Assembly: GCA_004764695.1 (NCBI GenBank)
Contig: SMSO01000031.1
Coordinates: 8,662,761-8,726,760, forward strand
Reading direction: 5' to 3'
Length of the DNA stretch: 64,000 bases
Source: Schizochytrium sp. TIO01
Lineage: Eukaryota > Protista > Bigyra: Labyrinthulomycetes
A model generated the notes under the pieces. It was not told the DNA's origin and made no database searches. It saw nothing but the letters and a program-made list of their open reading frames with translations. The position numbers were made by a program, and so were the translations under genes. Below are positions 33,939 through 45,800 of the stretch, one piece after another (positions within the stretch are counted from its first letter, which is position 1; the number at the start of each line of letters is the position of its first letter).

Positions 33939-34787
33939 CTAGAAGCTTTCAGGCACCCATTCCTCCCGTTCTACCTGGGCCCAATTAACAAGATCAAAAT
34001 ATTGAAAGACCTTGCACTCTTCTACGGTGCACAACCGTTCACAGCTGTATACATTGAGGAGAGACTGAATAAAGAGCATCGCCGGAGTTGTTGTGTTAGA
34101 TGTCTTTGGCCATAATGGTTTTCCAGAAAGAATTTGTGCAGCACTTAAGTCATCTGACCCACAGTCAAAAGGGTGGGCGTGGTAAAGGAGCTCAAAAATA
34201 ACAACTCCTAGACTCCACCAATCTGACGAGAATGTACATGGTTCCCCTGATAAAACCTCCGGGCTCGCGTATAAGAGTGTCCCTGATCGATGTTCTACAG
34301 GAGTATCATTTTCTAAGATTTTTGAAACTCCAAAATCAAAAATTCGTAAATGCCCAGTTAGAGTAACTCCGATATTTTCTAATTTGATATCGCCATGCAG
34401 AATTTGGTGTTTAGCCAGGTGTCCCAGAGCCAATACAAGTTCAGCCGTATAGAAAGGTACATCTTTAGGGTTGATCTCATAATGAACATTGTATAAGTCA
34501 CCGCGCTCACATAATTCCAGCCCCAGTGTGGGAAGGCCTTCATCTGAAGGAGCATAGACAAAATGCAGCTTGACAATCGAACAACTTGCTTCTGTGCTTT
34601 CATTAAGAAGTCGCAAGACCTCAACCTCTTTGTTTATAGTCTCGCTTATTTTCTTTACATCGCCTTGCCTTTTATAAACCTTTAGTGCAAATGTCTGATC
34701 ATTGTGTGCTGGACATGTTTGTCCACACTCCCAACCTTGAGCTCTGTATATTACTGCGCTACCTCCGCTATCATGCAGTATGTGCAT
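33939..34787 (-). CDS. Ser/Thr protein kinase, AGC-like, non-RD (paralogue 1)
   Basis: FALKVY, alphaC Glu (KEVEVL), LELCERGDL, HGDIKLEN, DFG, GTLLYASPE, DWWSLGV. The frame stays open upstream to about 34920 without an ATG, so a 5' exon is possible. Confidence 0.88.
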   Translation of the reverse strand: MHILHDSGGSAVIYRAQGWECGQTCPAHNDQTFALKVYKRQGDVKKISETINKEVEVLRLLNESTEASCSIVKLHFVYAPSDEGLPTLGLELCERGDLYNVHYEINPKDVPFYTAELVLALGHLAKHQILHGDIKLENIGVTLTGHLRIFDFGVSKILENDTPVEHRSGTLLYASPEVLSGEPCTFSSDWWSLGVVIFELLYHAHPFDCGSDDLSAAQILSGKPLWPKTSNTTTPAMLFIQSLLNVYSCERLCTVEECKVFQYFDLVNWAQVEREEWVPESF

Positions 34788-35930
34788 ACTTGCCTCTCCC
34801 TTTGGAAACACGGCCTGCCACAGCCTTATTTTGATTTGGGTCTGTCCCGCATCGGTAAAAAAAGAAGAGGTGGAGTAGACTTTGAATTGCTCTGGGGCGG
34901 AAAATCTATAGTAAACTCTAGGGTTCTATGGAGGTGCTATTTACTCTATGCTCTTTGTATTTTGCTATACTAATAACGACAATAATACCAACAACAATAA
35001 TTGAAGTAATTTCAATTTAAACAATACAATTGATACAGTAAGGAGTTGTACTTTTAAGTATTTAAACATATTATTTTATAGTTAGCACTATGAGGTTATT
35101 ACCTACTATGTTAGTTTTATAGATAAAACATAGTAAAGCCCCACAAAAAAGTATCTACACATTTGCAAGTATGAAAGGTGCTGGTGCGCTGAGCTAAGTC
35201 ACGTCTTGTTTCAGAGTTATTAGAAAATGCTCGCACATGAGCCTCTTGTTCACTTTTCCGCACGTTGCGAACTTGTCAACCGCGTTTTTTCCCTGACCAG
35301 AGACCATGACCTCGTTGTCGTTCAGATGTAATAGAGGCTAATTTCTAAGTGGGTTATTTTCGTTCAACACGAGATCTGTATAGTAAGTAGCCTGCCACTT
35401 ACACAGCACCTGAGGGGAGCTTCTACTGTAAGATGCACTAAACCAGCACAAGCAAAGCTGGCACAAGCACAGAAATATATGGACGTTATTAGAAGTATGG
35501 AGTAGCATGTTTCTTAGTTTGCTTGGTTAGATGAGAAGAACTGATTATTCGGGGTCCTAGGAAAGTATAGCATATTCATTTGTTGTCTGTTGCACCATCA
35601 GATCCGTCGTTGAATAGAGAAATGCAGCACCGATACTAATTACCAGTAAGCGTCCCTGTCCTTCACCAGCATGGTCAATACGCACAAAAGGTTTCTTTCT
35701 TGGGGCGGGGGAGGGTGGGAGAGCGACAGGAATTCCGGACAGCCAATTTTAGTGTCTAACAACAGGAACTGCTGTTCCGGTAGCCATTTTAAAATTTTAA
35801 AGATTATTATTATTATTTAAAAAAAAAAAAAAAACGTTTTAAATAGTAATAAAGATAAAGCATATTAGTATCTGTTTTATTTTGTTTTGTTTTGTTTTGT
35901 ATTCAAAATAATAACAATTAAAAAGTCGTC

Positions 35931-36125
35931 AAGACAAGACAAGACAAGACAAGACAAGACAAGACAAGACAAGACAAGACAAGACAAGACAAGACAAGAC
36001 AAGACAAGACAAGACAAGACAAGACAAGACAAGACAAGACAAGACAAGACAAGACAAGACAAGACAAGACAAGACAAGACAAGACAAGACAAGACAAGAC
36101 AAGGCAAGACAAGACAAGACAAGAC
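35931..36125. repeat. (AAGAC)39 pentanucleotide microsatellite
   Basis: 39 units with one variant (AAGGC at 36101); preceded by (TTTTG)n and a poly-A run. Confidence 0.98.
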
Positions 36126-38225
36126 AAACACTGCCAACAGCTTTGGCTCGTTTATTTCTATTTTCACTCTAATGAAATTATTTTTAACTGCAAAAATTAG
36201 AAATTAAGCATCTTAAAAATGAGGAAACATGTGTTTTCGAACTATTGTTAGTAGGAAATACATTTATTGGGGAAACATTAAATCATTTGAATGGAAACTG
36301 CCCTTCTCTTGCTCGCTATTCTGTAACCAAGATTCGCTCTTCTCCAAGGTCAACAGATCGCTGTTTCTAAAGGCCTCAGAAAACAACGATTTGTTAAGTC
36401 TTATCTTGGTTTTCATTTTCAATGTCTCCGTCTCATCAGGGATTTTCTATGAGCAATTTTGAATTCTTAGGGTCTGTTCTTAAGGTGAGCCATGGTAAAT
36501 AGAGCCCTTGGTAGGGACAGTACTATAACTCCGTTTCCTGAATATTACCCTTCGACCTCAACGAAATTATATGGATTAAATTGAAGGAAATGCAGAAAAG
36601 TCATGGTTTTGAGTTCTCTAATGAACCTAAATATGTAAAATTTCTTGTGTTTTCTCATTGTAAATCGAAAGTCTCGCAGCTTCAGCGTGTTTCTGCTATC
36701 TAGTGTAGTTGAAATTAATTAAAGGAAGGGCCTTCAGCAGGTGGGTGTTTATTCATTTAGCAAAAAGTTATTGCGTGATCGATTGCCTCCAGAGGTCATC
36801 TGTACTTAATAATGCAATATTAGGTTAAATCCAATTGTACAAGTATTATCCTGATACCCATTTGAAGAAGCTCTCTCACTTTGCCACGTAATCGTATTGT
36901 GCTCTCTATTCGCCTTTCTAATATTAACCACATTATTCATAAGAAACCAATGAATTCTCTGATAAATTTAGAGACTTATTTATCATTCTAGTTACTGTTA
37001 CTATTATAATTCTACGCACCTAACTATCCATCATTAAAATATAAACACTAACTGAGTTATAGAATGATTGGTAGGACAAGTGGGGGAGTGAAATACTTTC
37101 TTTTAAAATCATTTAAAAATCATTTAACATTAATTTAAAAAAAGTTAAATAATAATATTGATAATATTTATTACAATCATTCAATTTTTCCAAATTAAAT
37201 GTCGTTAATTTCAAAATTAAATTTTAAAAATATTTAAAGCAAAAAATTAAATGAGGTGTTCTACTGAATTCTGAGCAGCAAACTGCCTGCGGGTTTGCAC
37301 CTCAAAAGCTCAACTCGTTCGAGTGCAAGTATTTGAAAGCAGGTTTGTGTCTGAAAAGAAATACTTCTCAGAATATGCTCAGTCGACTAGCTCAATAAAT
37401 CATGCAGTTGAGTCATTGCATGATATCTTGAACAGTAAAGGTTATGTCGACATAACGCAACAAGGGAGGGGAAGTTGCAACGGAAAGTCGATCCTTAACA
37501 CCTTCTCATTAACCTCATTACTACCGTTTTAGATTTTAAACAACTTATAAAGATCCAGCTTCTTCCAATGTGAATATTGCTTATCAGTACCTATATAGAT
37601 ATAGACTACCAAGGTACCATAAACAAAAAATTAATGAACCTCAAAATTAAAAAACAATATTTCTTTTTACCTCGGTAGTATTTACAAGTGTAACGCAATG
37701 CTTGCAATTCAATTGTTTTGGTTTAAATTGAATTAACCCCGTCATATCATTGAGGTTATGAAATTCGTGCATCTTGTTGCGTTGCACGCCAATGACATCA
37801 ATCATTAGACTCTCCTACCTGCCAAGTGCTCTAAATTAAATACGAATGTATTCACATTCGGGGCTCAAAGTTTGGAGAGAAAATGCGTCTCAAAGCAACA
37901 GACCGCCGTTACACGATATAGCAACCACTACTCTAAGTAATCAAACAAATTTTCGCATTCTTTATTTCTAGAGAGAACGCAAGACATAGGAAACAGCTCG
38001 ATGTCCCCTTTTCGCAGCGCATTAATTTATTTGAACAGTTCAAGACTATTTAATCACAAGATTAGAATAGATACAAAACAGTGAGACAGAGTTCTAGTTT
38101 TAATATATATATATATATAACCAACGCGGAATATCCCATGGGAATGCAAATGTTAAAAAGTACATATATTACTGTAGTGTATAGTGCTCATCATATCAAG
38201 AGACTGGTATTGTGATGTAACAGGA

Positions 38226-39329
38226 TCAAAAGAATGATTTTCCGCTCCCTCCCGCTGCAATCGATTCTTGGCGAAAAGCTAGATAGTGAAATCTGCAAGG
38301 TATCCACTCCTCGGATTTCACCCAGGACCACTCGATGGCATCCATAAAAGGATGCATCATACATGCATCGAGCGATTGGGATCTTGATTTAGCATCTAAG
38401 ATTAAAAATGTCATAATAAAATCAATTGCATTTTCACTGCGCTCTGGTGAGTCAGGCCAATGAACATCTGCAGACACAATTGCATCCACTGTCTCCTTTT
38501 CTGAACTTCTTAAGAACACCGGTTGACCAAAAAGCATTTCGTAGAGAAGGGCCCCTAGACCCCACCAGTCTGCTGCGTTAGTGCAGGGGTGCCGCCGCAA
38601 AGCTTCGGGACTGGCATATTGTAAAGTTCCGGAGCTGTACATAACAGGGTCTCCGTTTTTCAAAATTCTTGACGTACCAAAGTCCAAAAGTCGAATGTGC
38701 CCACTCTTTGTGAGACCAATGTTCTCTGGTTTAATATCACCATGAAGAATTTCATTTTTCCGCAAGTGATCTAGTGCTATGATAAGTTCTGCTGCATAAT
38801 ACTTTGTGTCTCTCTCCGTTAAAGGGCCGTGCGAAAGAAGGGTGAATAAGTCACCACCCTCACAGAGTTCAAGGCCAACTAATGGCAGTGATGCTCCAAG
38901 CTGATCAACAAAGAGCAGCTCTACAACAAATTGCGGTCTTTCCTGCGCTCTTTTCAACTTTCCTAGTGCTCTTATCTCTCGCAAAGCTTCTTCTTCGGCT
39001 TGCGCGCTGTCCTCCCGATAAAGCTTTGCGGCGACGAGTTTCTTGTTGAAGCCTGCCCCCGAGGCCTCTTCCCAGACCACGGCCTCGTACACGTGAGCTG
39101 TTGCTCCCTCCTGCAACAATATCATGTTTGGCGCGGTTTCTGCGCTAGACGCCGCCTTTACCTCTGCATCTCCTTCATGCAAATCAAGGGCCAGCTCGTA
39201 CGAATCCATCCTCGCTCTTCGTTCCTCGACAGCTCTGCGCCAGGTCTCCGCCCCTTCAACAGGCGAACACGGCCACTCGCCTGCTCGCCCGCCCGTTTCG
39301 ATATTGCTGGTCTTGGGCAACGCCAACAT
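38226..39329 (-). CDS. Ser/Thr protein kinase, AGC-like, non-RD (paralogue 2)
   Basis: VAAKLY, LELCEGGDL, HGDIKPEN, DFG, GTLQYASPE, DWWGLG; clear similarity to the 33939-34787 kinase. First ATG at 39329. Confidence 0.9.
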   Translation of the reverse strand: MLALPKTSNIETGGRAGEWPCSPVEGAETWRRAVEERRARMDSYELALDLHEGDAEVKAASSAETAPNMILLQEGATAHVYEAVVWEEASGAGFNKKLVAAKLYREDSAQAEEEALREIRALGKLKRAQERPQFVVELLFVDQLGASLPLVGLELCEGGDLFTLLSHGPLTERDTKYYAAELIIALDHLRKNEILHGDIKPENIGLTKSGHIRLLDFGTSRILKNGDPVMYSSGTLQYASPEALRRHPCTNAADWWGLGALLYEMLFGQPVFLRSSEKETVDAIVSADVHWPDSPERSENAIDFIMTFLILDAKSRSQSLDACMMHPFMDAIEWSWVKSEEWIPCRFHYLAFRQESIAAGGSGKSFF

Positions 39330-39853
39330 CGCTTTGTCCAAACTTCTGCTGCCCTGAGTTCTTCTCTTCTTCCACTTTCTTCCACCACATTAATCAATCA
39401 ATTAACATTTTTTTATGTAATTCTTATTTCTCCTCCTCACTACTTAACGAGGCAAAGTGAGTCAGGAAGTCTTTTTCTCCTTTGACCCCTTATAGACAAA
39501 ATCAGCCTCCGCTACCTCAAAAACAAACAACGCCACCACCGCGGAGGTTGTGGACAGGACCAAGTCAGCTACACCTACACCTGCCAGGCCAGAGGCGGAA
39601 GAGTGTGTGGCAGCAAGAAACTAGAGAGGGAGGGCTCGCCGTTTCGAGGCGCCTCCACGGAGGCCCAAGTGGGCCTTTCTGCAATGGCCTTTGGAAAATG
39701 AGCGGATGGAAGGGTCAACGGGAGGAGGTGTGGGCATATGCTGTACTGCCTGTAGAATTCCCGAGCTGTTGGAGCTACAAGAAATGTAAGTTGTGTAGAA
39801 GGCAAATAAGAATAGACGTTACTTCAGTTATTGTGCCGAGCCTCCGTCTCGCC

Positions 39854-39854
<1 letters not shown>

Positions 39855-39884
<30 letters not shown>

Positions 39885-39886
39885 GT
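39855..39886. repeat. (GATT/GGTT)n microsatellite
   Basis: ttgattgattgattgattggttgattgg; a similar tract lies at about 23500-23520. Confidence 0.85.
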
Positions 39887-42800
39887 TGACTTACTGATTA
39901 GTCGAGCGTGAGTTCCTTTCGACTCAGGCGAGCAAGCTGGCTTAATGCTGACAGACAACGCATACTTTGCTGGGGCACCTGAACGTCTTCCCTCTGCAAA
40001 CCGCCACGGGTGAAGAAGTGAAGAAGTGGTTCTTTGCTGGAAACCAGTCGAGGTATCGGTTCGGCCTGTAGAACTTATTCCTAAGGGCTGCCAACGGAGC
40101 TTACTCACCTGTAGACAACACAGCAATCGTACTTCATTTTTCCAAAAGCATGCAAGCGGTCCAGTCCATCTATCCCGCCATCACCCGACCAGCTAGCAAC
40201 TCTTCCTTCTGGATATAAAAACCAACGTCGAAGAAAGCTTGTCTTTAGGAGGCCCGCTATGGGTCTACAACGCCTACGGGGTTGTGGTTGAGGAGGAGCG
40301 GCTTTGAGCACGCGCGAGCGCGCAGGAACTTAAAAGAAAGTCGAGGAGTTCCCACTCCCTTCCTTTTCTCCTTTAATGAAAAATTAAGAAAAACAAAAAC
40401 AAGAGATTTAACTTAGTACTACTCGTGTTGCGAGACAGCCAGCCACTCTTGCAGCGTGGTGTCGAGTCGATATAGGCTAATTGAAATCAAGCTTCGCGCT
40501 GGAAAAGCCATAGCAGGCAGCAGACACTTCTCCTTTGACGTGGTGCGCCAACAATATCCGCCTACCTGCTGCAGAAATACGCATCATCATTGACTAAATA
40601 ACTTTGTGAGGAAAAGCAGTGTGACCAGGTACTGCCAGAGGTAGAAGTAGGGTACGCCTAGCTACCTAGAAAAGAAGAATGTTCGGTCTTTCAGATCGTT
40701 GGACAAAAATATGATCAGTGCAAGAAGTAATTAGGTGTTGCTTTTAAAGTGCCCAACGGTAAGAAAACATAGAAGCAAAGGGCAAGTAGTGAACTTGACA
40801 TGATCACTATTTGTTTTTGTACGCGTGAAGTCAAGGTCAACGGGCCAATGGCTCAAAGGCAGCTCGGTATATTGTCTCTGTACAGACATCAAGAGTTCAT
40901 TGTCACTCAAAGACTAAGCGTAAACCAAAGGCTGACATGAGGACAAGAGTAAGCAAGTATCACCTTAGCAACAGTTTTGATAATGATAATGTTGGGGCAG
41001 CGAGATCGGAGGACTTACGAAACAAAGAAACAAAAGTCAAAATGATGATCAGTCTCAACATATACTTTGACACATCTACGTCCTGCTTTGAGAAATAAGA
41101 GCATTGACACTGTCTGGTAGCATAATGAAAGCCTGTATTGTTACACTACCATGCTACTATGTTTGAAATCCTAGGTTCTTTAGGTTTAACCGCAAAAATT
41201 GATGGTAGTTTAATGTAATCTGTGTACTATACTTTTTTCTGTTTTTTAAAGATAGCGATGAAATATACAACTAGTAGGTACTGGGTACTCATAAACTTTA
41301 CCAGCTTCTATCCGAAACTTCCACCTAAGTCTTACACTGGCACCTCTTTTACTTCACACTTTAATGTCTTTCATCAATGTTCTTTTATTTTTAACTTCAT
41401 TCTCAGTAACAATACCAACAAACTTTTTAAAGCTTCGACTTTAGTCAAGCAATAAATAGATATTAGTGCCTCAAAATTTTAAACTTTTCTTTTTTCAGCT
41501 ATACCTAACTCCCTAAAGAAAATGTTATTTTATAATTTATAATTAACAATAAGACTAAGTTAATGTCCTTTATAGTATTCTCTTCATGGAGAACCTCCCG
41601 TGCACGCCCGAAGTTATTCTCTTTAGCACAAGTGAGAGACACCCACATCGCACCTATCATACCTACTTATGACTCCAACTACTGACCTTTCTAAAGAGTT
41701 CTGCTCGACAGTTTCTCCTTGATAGGGCGAATAAGGGTCTGGACAGAATGACATTTTCCAAAAAACAGAAATAAGCGAAGGATCTATCTTTATATTCAGG
41801 TTAATCAGAACTCTAGAACTCTACAAGACAATGCTGTAGTGCTGGTGCCTTCGTCAAGTCGAACTTTCGGAAATTGATATTGCTTCGAAGACACTAAGGG
41901 GAACACAAGGCTTTAAAAAAAATAGGAAATAGGAAATGTCTGCAAAACAACCATTTCAACAAGGTTCTCATTGAATAAGTTATATTTTCTATCATTAGTT
42001 TGCAACAGCAGATCGTTCAAATATTTGAGCAGATACTTGTTTCGCCCCAAACCCCACTAAACAACGAAGGAGTGAATCCTAAGCTTACACGACAGCAAAG
42101 AGAGGAGGTATTAGTTTTTTCTTGCTTTCTATAATTCACTTCCTCTATTTCATATCGAGGATGTCTAACCAATTTTACAAAATTCAATCCAGCCGAGAGT
42201 TTTCGATTGCACCATACTTGTACTTATGCATGTAACACGAATGAGTTTCTACATTAGTCAATGAAATGGTATGTAAATCCTTGTTAATGTAACGCTAAAG
42301 TTCATAGAGATTTTATCAGGAGCCAAACTCCAAGACTCATAAAATTAAGTTAATGACTCTACACCAGCTACCTCTTTGAATTCATGCCATTATATTAGAA
42401 AATACTTAAAAAAGATTTCCTTGCAAAATGAATATTCGCAAACCCTTACCAGATATAATGTACAAGCTTTAGGGCATTCGCGCAGTTAGATTTCTAAGAC
42501 TGCATGATGAACATACCATCATTGGGCAAAGAATATCATCTGCTTTGATACCTTTATCAGGTTATTATTGGTACGCCGTTCTAATTTTACGAATCTGATT
42601 CTTTTCCTTAACATTGTAAAGTTTCTCACTGAAAAGAACTTTGCACAGGCCAAAAGTATGGGGGTTCCTTCATCTCATTCTGATACATTTTTATTTATTT
42701 CATTTTGTTTTGTTTTTTACTTAATGTATGTATATTAATACATATGTATAGCATTTGCCTCCCGTTTTGATCAAAGCTTGGTTGTTCTTGTACGGTAGAT

Positions 42801-45800
42801 TCTACAATTTTGCGTGAGTAATTAAAATGTATTATCAAATAGCTTTCTACCGATGAAGAAAGATTTTGCAAGTGGAGGCACCACAGGATTCGTGCTAAGT
42901 TAAAACTCTGCAAGATCTACCCTGTAATCAAAGAAACACGTGTTTTGATTTAAATCAGTCCGATTTGGTTGTGTGTATATGTTGAAGGGCGAATCAGTCG
43001 CACCTCTGATTAATGAAAGAGGGTGCACATGCGTATATATTTTTGTGGAGGCTCTTTATCATTTATGCAGTTTGATGCTGGCTTGCTTTTTTTTTTTTCA
43101 GGTGCTACCTGGTATCTCTTTCTCAGGTATTGTGCATAGTAACTATAGATAACTACTACTTACTACATCCTCCTCTTTCTTTGAATTAAGAAAGGCTAAG
43201 AACCGCGAACAATCCATCCTGTTTCTCCTCTTGTTTACTCCTCTCATTAGGGTCTATGAATATTCTCCAGAATACGATTTTTTTCTGCCAATTAAAAATG
43301 CCTTTTAAAATAAAATTAATAAAGTAAATTGAATAAGATTTTCTACCAGAATGGCTCTGAAAGAATGCTGGATAAAGCTAACCCGCTGGGTGAGTTTCGT
43401 CAGGAAGCGTTATATATCAATATTGAAATGACGACTGGTAGTATGTTTGTCTACAATAGAGCTATACAAAGTATAGTCCTGTAGATCTGTCCCAGTCCTG
43501 CAATAATGCCCTCAACAAAACTTGATGAATTTAACCAGTGCTCCATACCTCAGCAAGTGGTTCCTTTCAACTTCAGTATCCAGCACCCGCACTGACTTCC
43601 TAGAGTTGAAATTAACAAAGTTTAAATTACTAGCACTTACATTTTGTTCGGATTCTCTTGGTTTAATTTCAACATTAAACGAAAAGTTTACTCCCAGTGC
43701 TTTTTTTTTTATAACTCAAGTCACCAACTCTCCATTTTGATGGTATGTTATCGACGGCCCTGCTCATCTTTCAAATGCGGCTTTTAATAACCATGAGATG
43801 ATGCGGGGCCCTTCGCAAAACAGCTCACTTGTTGGATTGAGGTCAAGAACTCATTCATGAGAATGCTTGTCATTCTCACGACTCCTATCTAATGGTCTCA
43901 ACAGAAGGAAAGTTCCGTATCTCATTGTTTATCCTTCAGTTTGTTCCACCAAGATTACTTAAGAAGGGTTTCAGCGTCTTCATCTAGTCAGCGATATTTC
44001 TTGTTGCTTGACGAGAAGAACTCAACAACCGCGTTTATATCTTGCTGTAAAATGTCTTGCTTGCTGACTTGACCCTTGCTATGAAATCATCGCCGAGGTG
44101 GCGAAGTACCATATTACAGGTTTCATTCCCGATGGTGGCCTTTCAAACAAGCGACATAATGTTCAAATTGTTCAGCCAGATTGGTCTTCAAGAGAGATAC
44201 AGGCCAGTTTCCTTGAGAAAATGAATGAAGCTGCTTACATCAGTTTCTGTGAAACACTTTTTTTGTTTAAATTTTATATTTAGGCAAAACTTAACATCTC
44301 TACGCGAAATTGACACTACACACGCGACCCACTTATGTTGGAAAGACCCGGAATTCACAGTGGTTGCTTTAAAATTAGCTCAATAGTATAATCAAAATTG
44401 AACCACAACAAGATTACTTCACTGCTTCTCTGATCGACTCTGCTATGTACAATGGAATTCTGCAAAGAGTGGAGGGCCCATAGGATACCTCTTAGTTGGG
44501 ATGGATACACGATTAAACTGCTCATTCGGTTTTGAGAAGAACGCACGCATTGGAAATCCCGCAGCCTAGAACAATTGCCTACATGCGGTCCTCGCGGTGT
44601 CTATTGTGTGGATGTTTACGTCATGATGCAGCGCGCAATTTCTGTGATGCACCTTCGAGCCAAGCCCATTATTGCGCAATTGTTGATGCCAAACTCCTCC
44701 TATGTACCTACACCTAATGTTTTTTGTTTTGGGGTCTTTTTCAATTTCCTTCGAGTTCAACGCCTTTAATTAATCCAAAAATAAAAAAACATTATAAGAA
44801 AATAAAAAGCCTAGAGTGGGGAAGTGTGAAAGCAGTTTGTTCTATGACATTCAGTAGGAGGTACTAACTAAACGGTCAGTCTCTTTCCTTACCATTTATG
44901 GTAGCGGTAATAATGAATTAATTTACTATAATCGTTCTAACTTACCTCCCTTTAGGGCCATTCATCTGAGTATACCTAATCATCAATTACGGAATTATGA
45001 TCAGACGAGCCATGGCCGCGAGCCGTGCTGAGCAACGGTTGGAATCAGTGTCTCGTTGCACGCCAAGCTATGGCACCTCGTGATTCACGAGCCTTCGTGC
45101 TAGTACCTTGGGCATTAATTAACAATCTAAACTAAACAACTTTGAGCGGAATGGTCACGGTAGCGACATTTTTCTCGCGTGTGAACAGGAAGAATACCCG
45201 CCGATGGCATCGAGGTTACTCGGGAAGTCATCGGGAAATCATGGAAAAACCACCAGACGAAGAGGCGATAGCTTTTGGTGTTCATGTCCCGTGGCGCAAC
45301 TCCCGACCCGGTCTGTCGGCAAAACTACGTCGCTTTGACCTCGCTGGCATTTCTTCGCAGAGCCTGAGTCCTCCTAGGGCGGCGGCCTTTTGCCCATCCG
45401 TATAACCAGACGAGCTTTTTAGGTTTTATTTCACACCTAGACAGAGAAAACTTAATTTTTAAAATGAAAGAAACCGCCACTCGAGTGACTGCGACAGATC
45501 TTAGGTGCTGGAGGCCTCGGCGGCGTTGGTCTTTCGTTATAGTGGATGATACGCCTCCGGAGGCACGGGACAAAAGTCCAAAAGAATTAGGTGTATAAGT
45601 TGCTAGCTTCCATTTCATATAGCTAGCAGATAGATCAATGAAAGGAGCAAGCAGCCTCGTCGTTCGTTTCATTTATTATATAGTGGATAATAGTAATATT
45701 TATGAAGAAAGTGAGTAGATGCTGTCGAGGGAGTGGGCGGAAGTTGTAGGTTAATGAATCACCCCGGAGCCTCTATTATACTCAGACCGGCTCGTGGGTG

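Noticed and set aside
35877-36207. ORFs with (LVLSC)n / (RQDKT)n repeats
   Set aside because: Translations of the AAGAC microsatellite.
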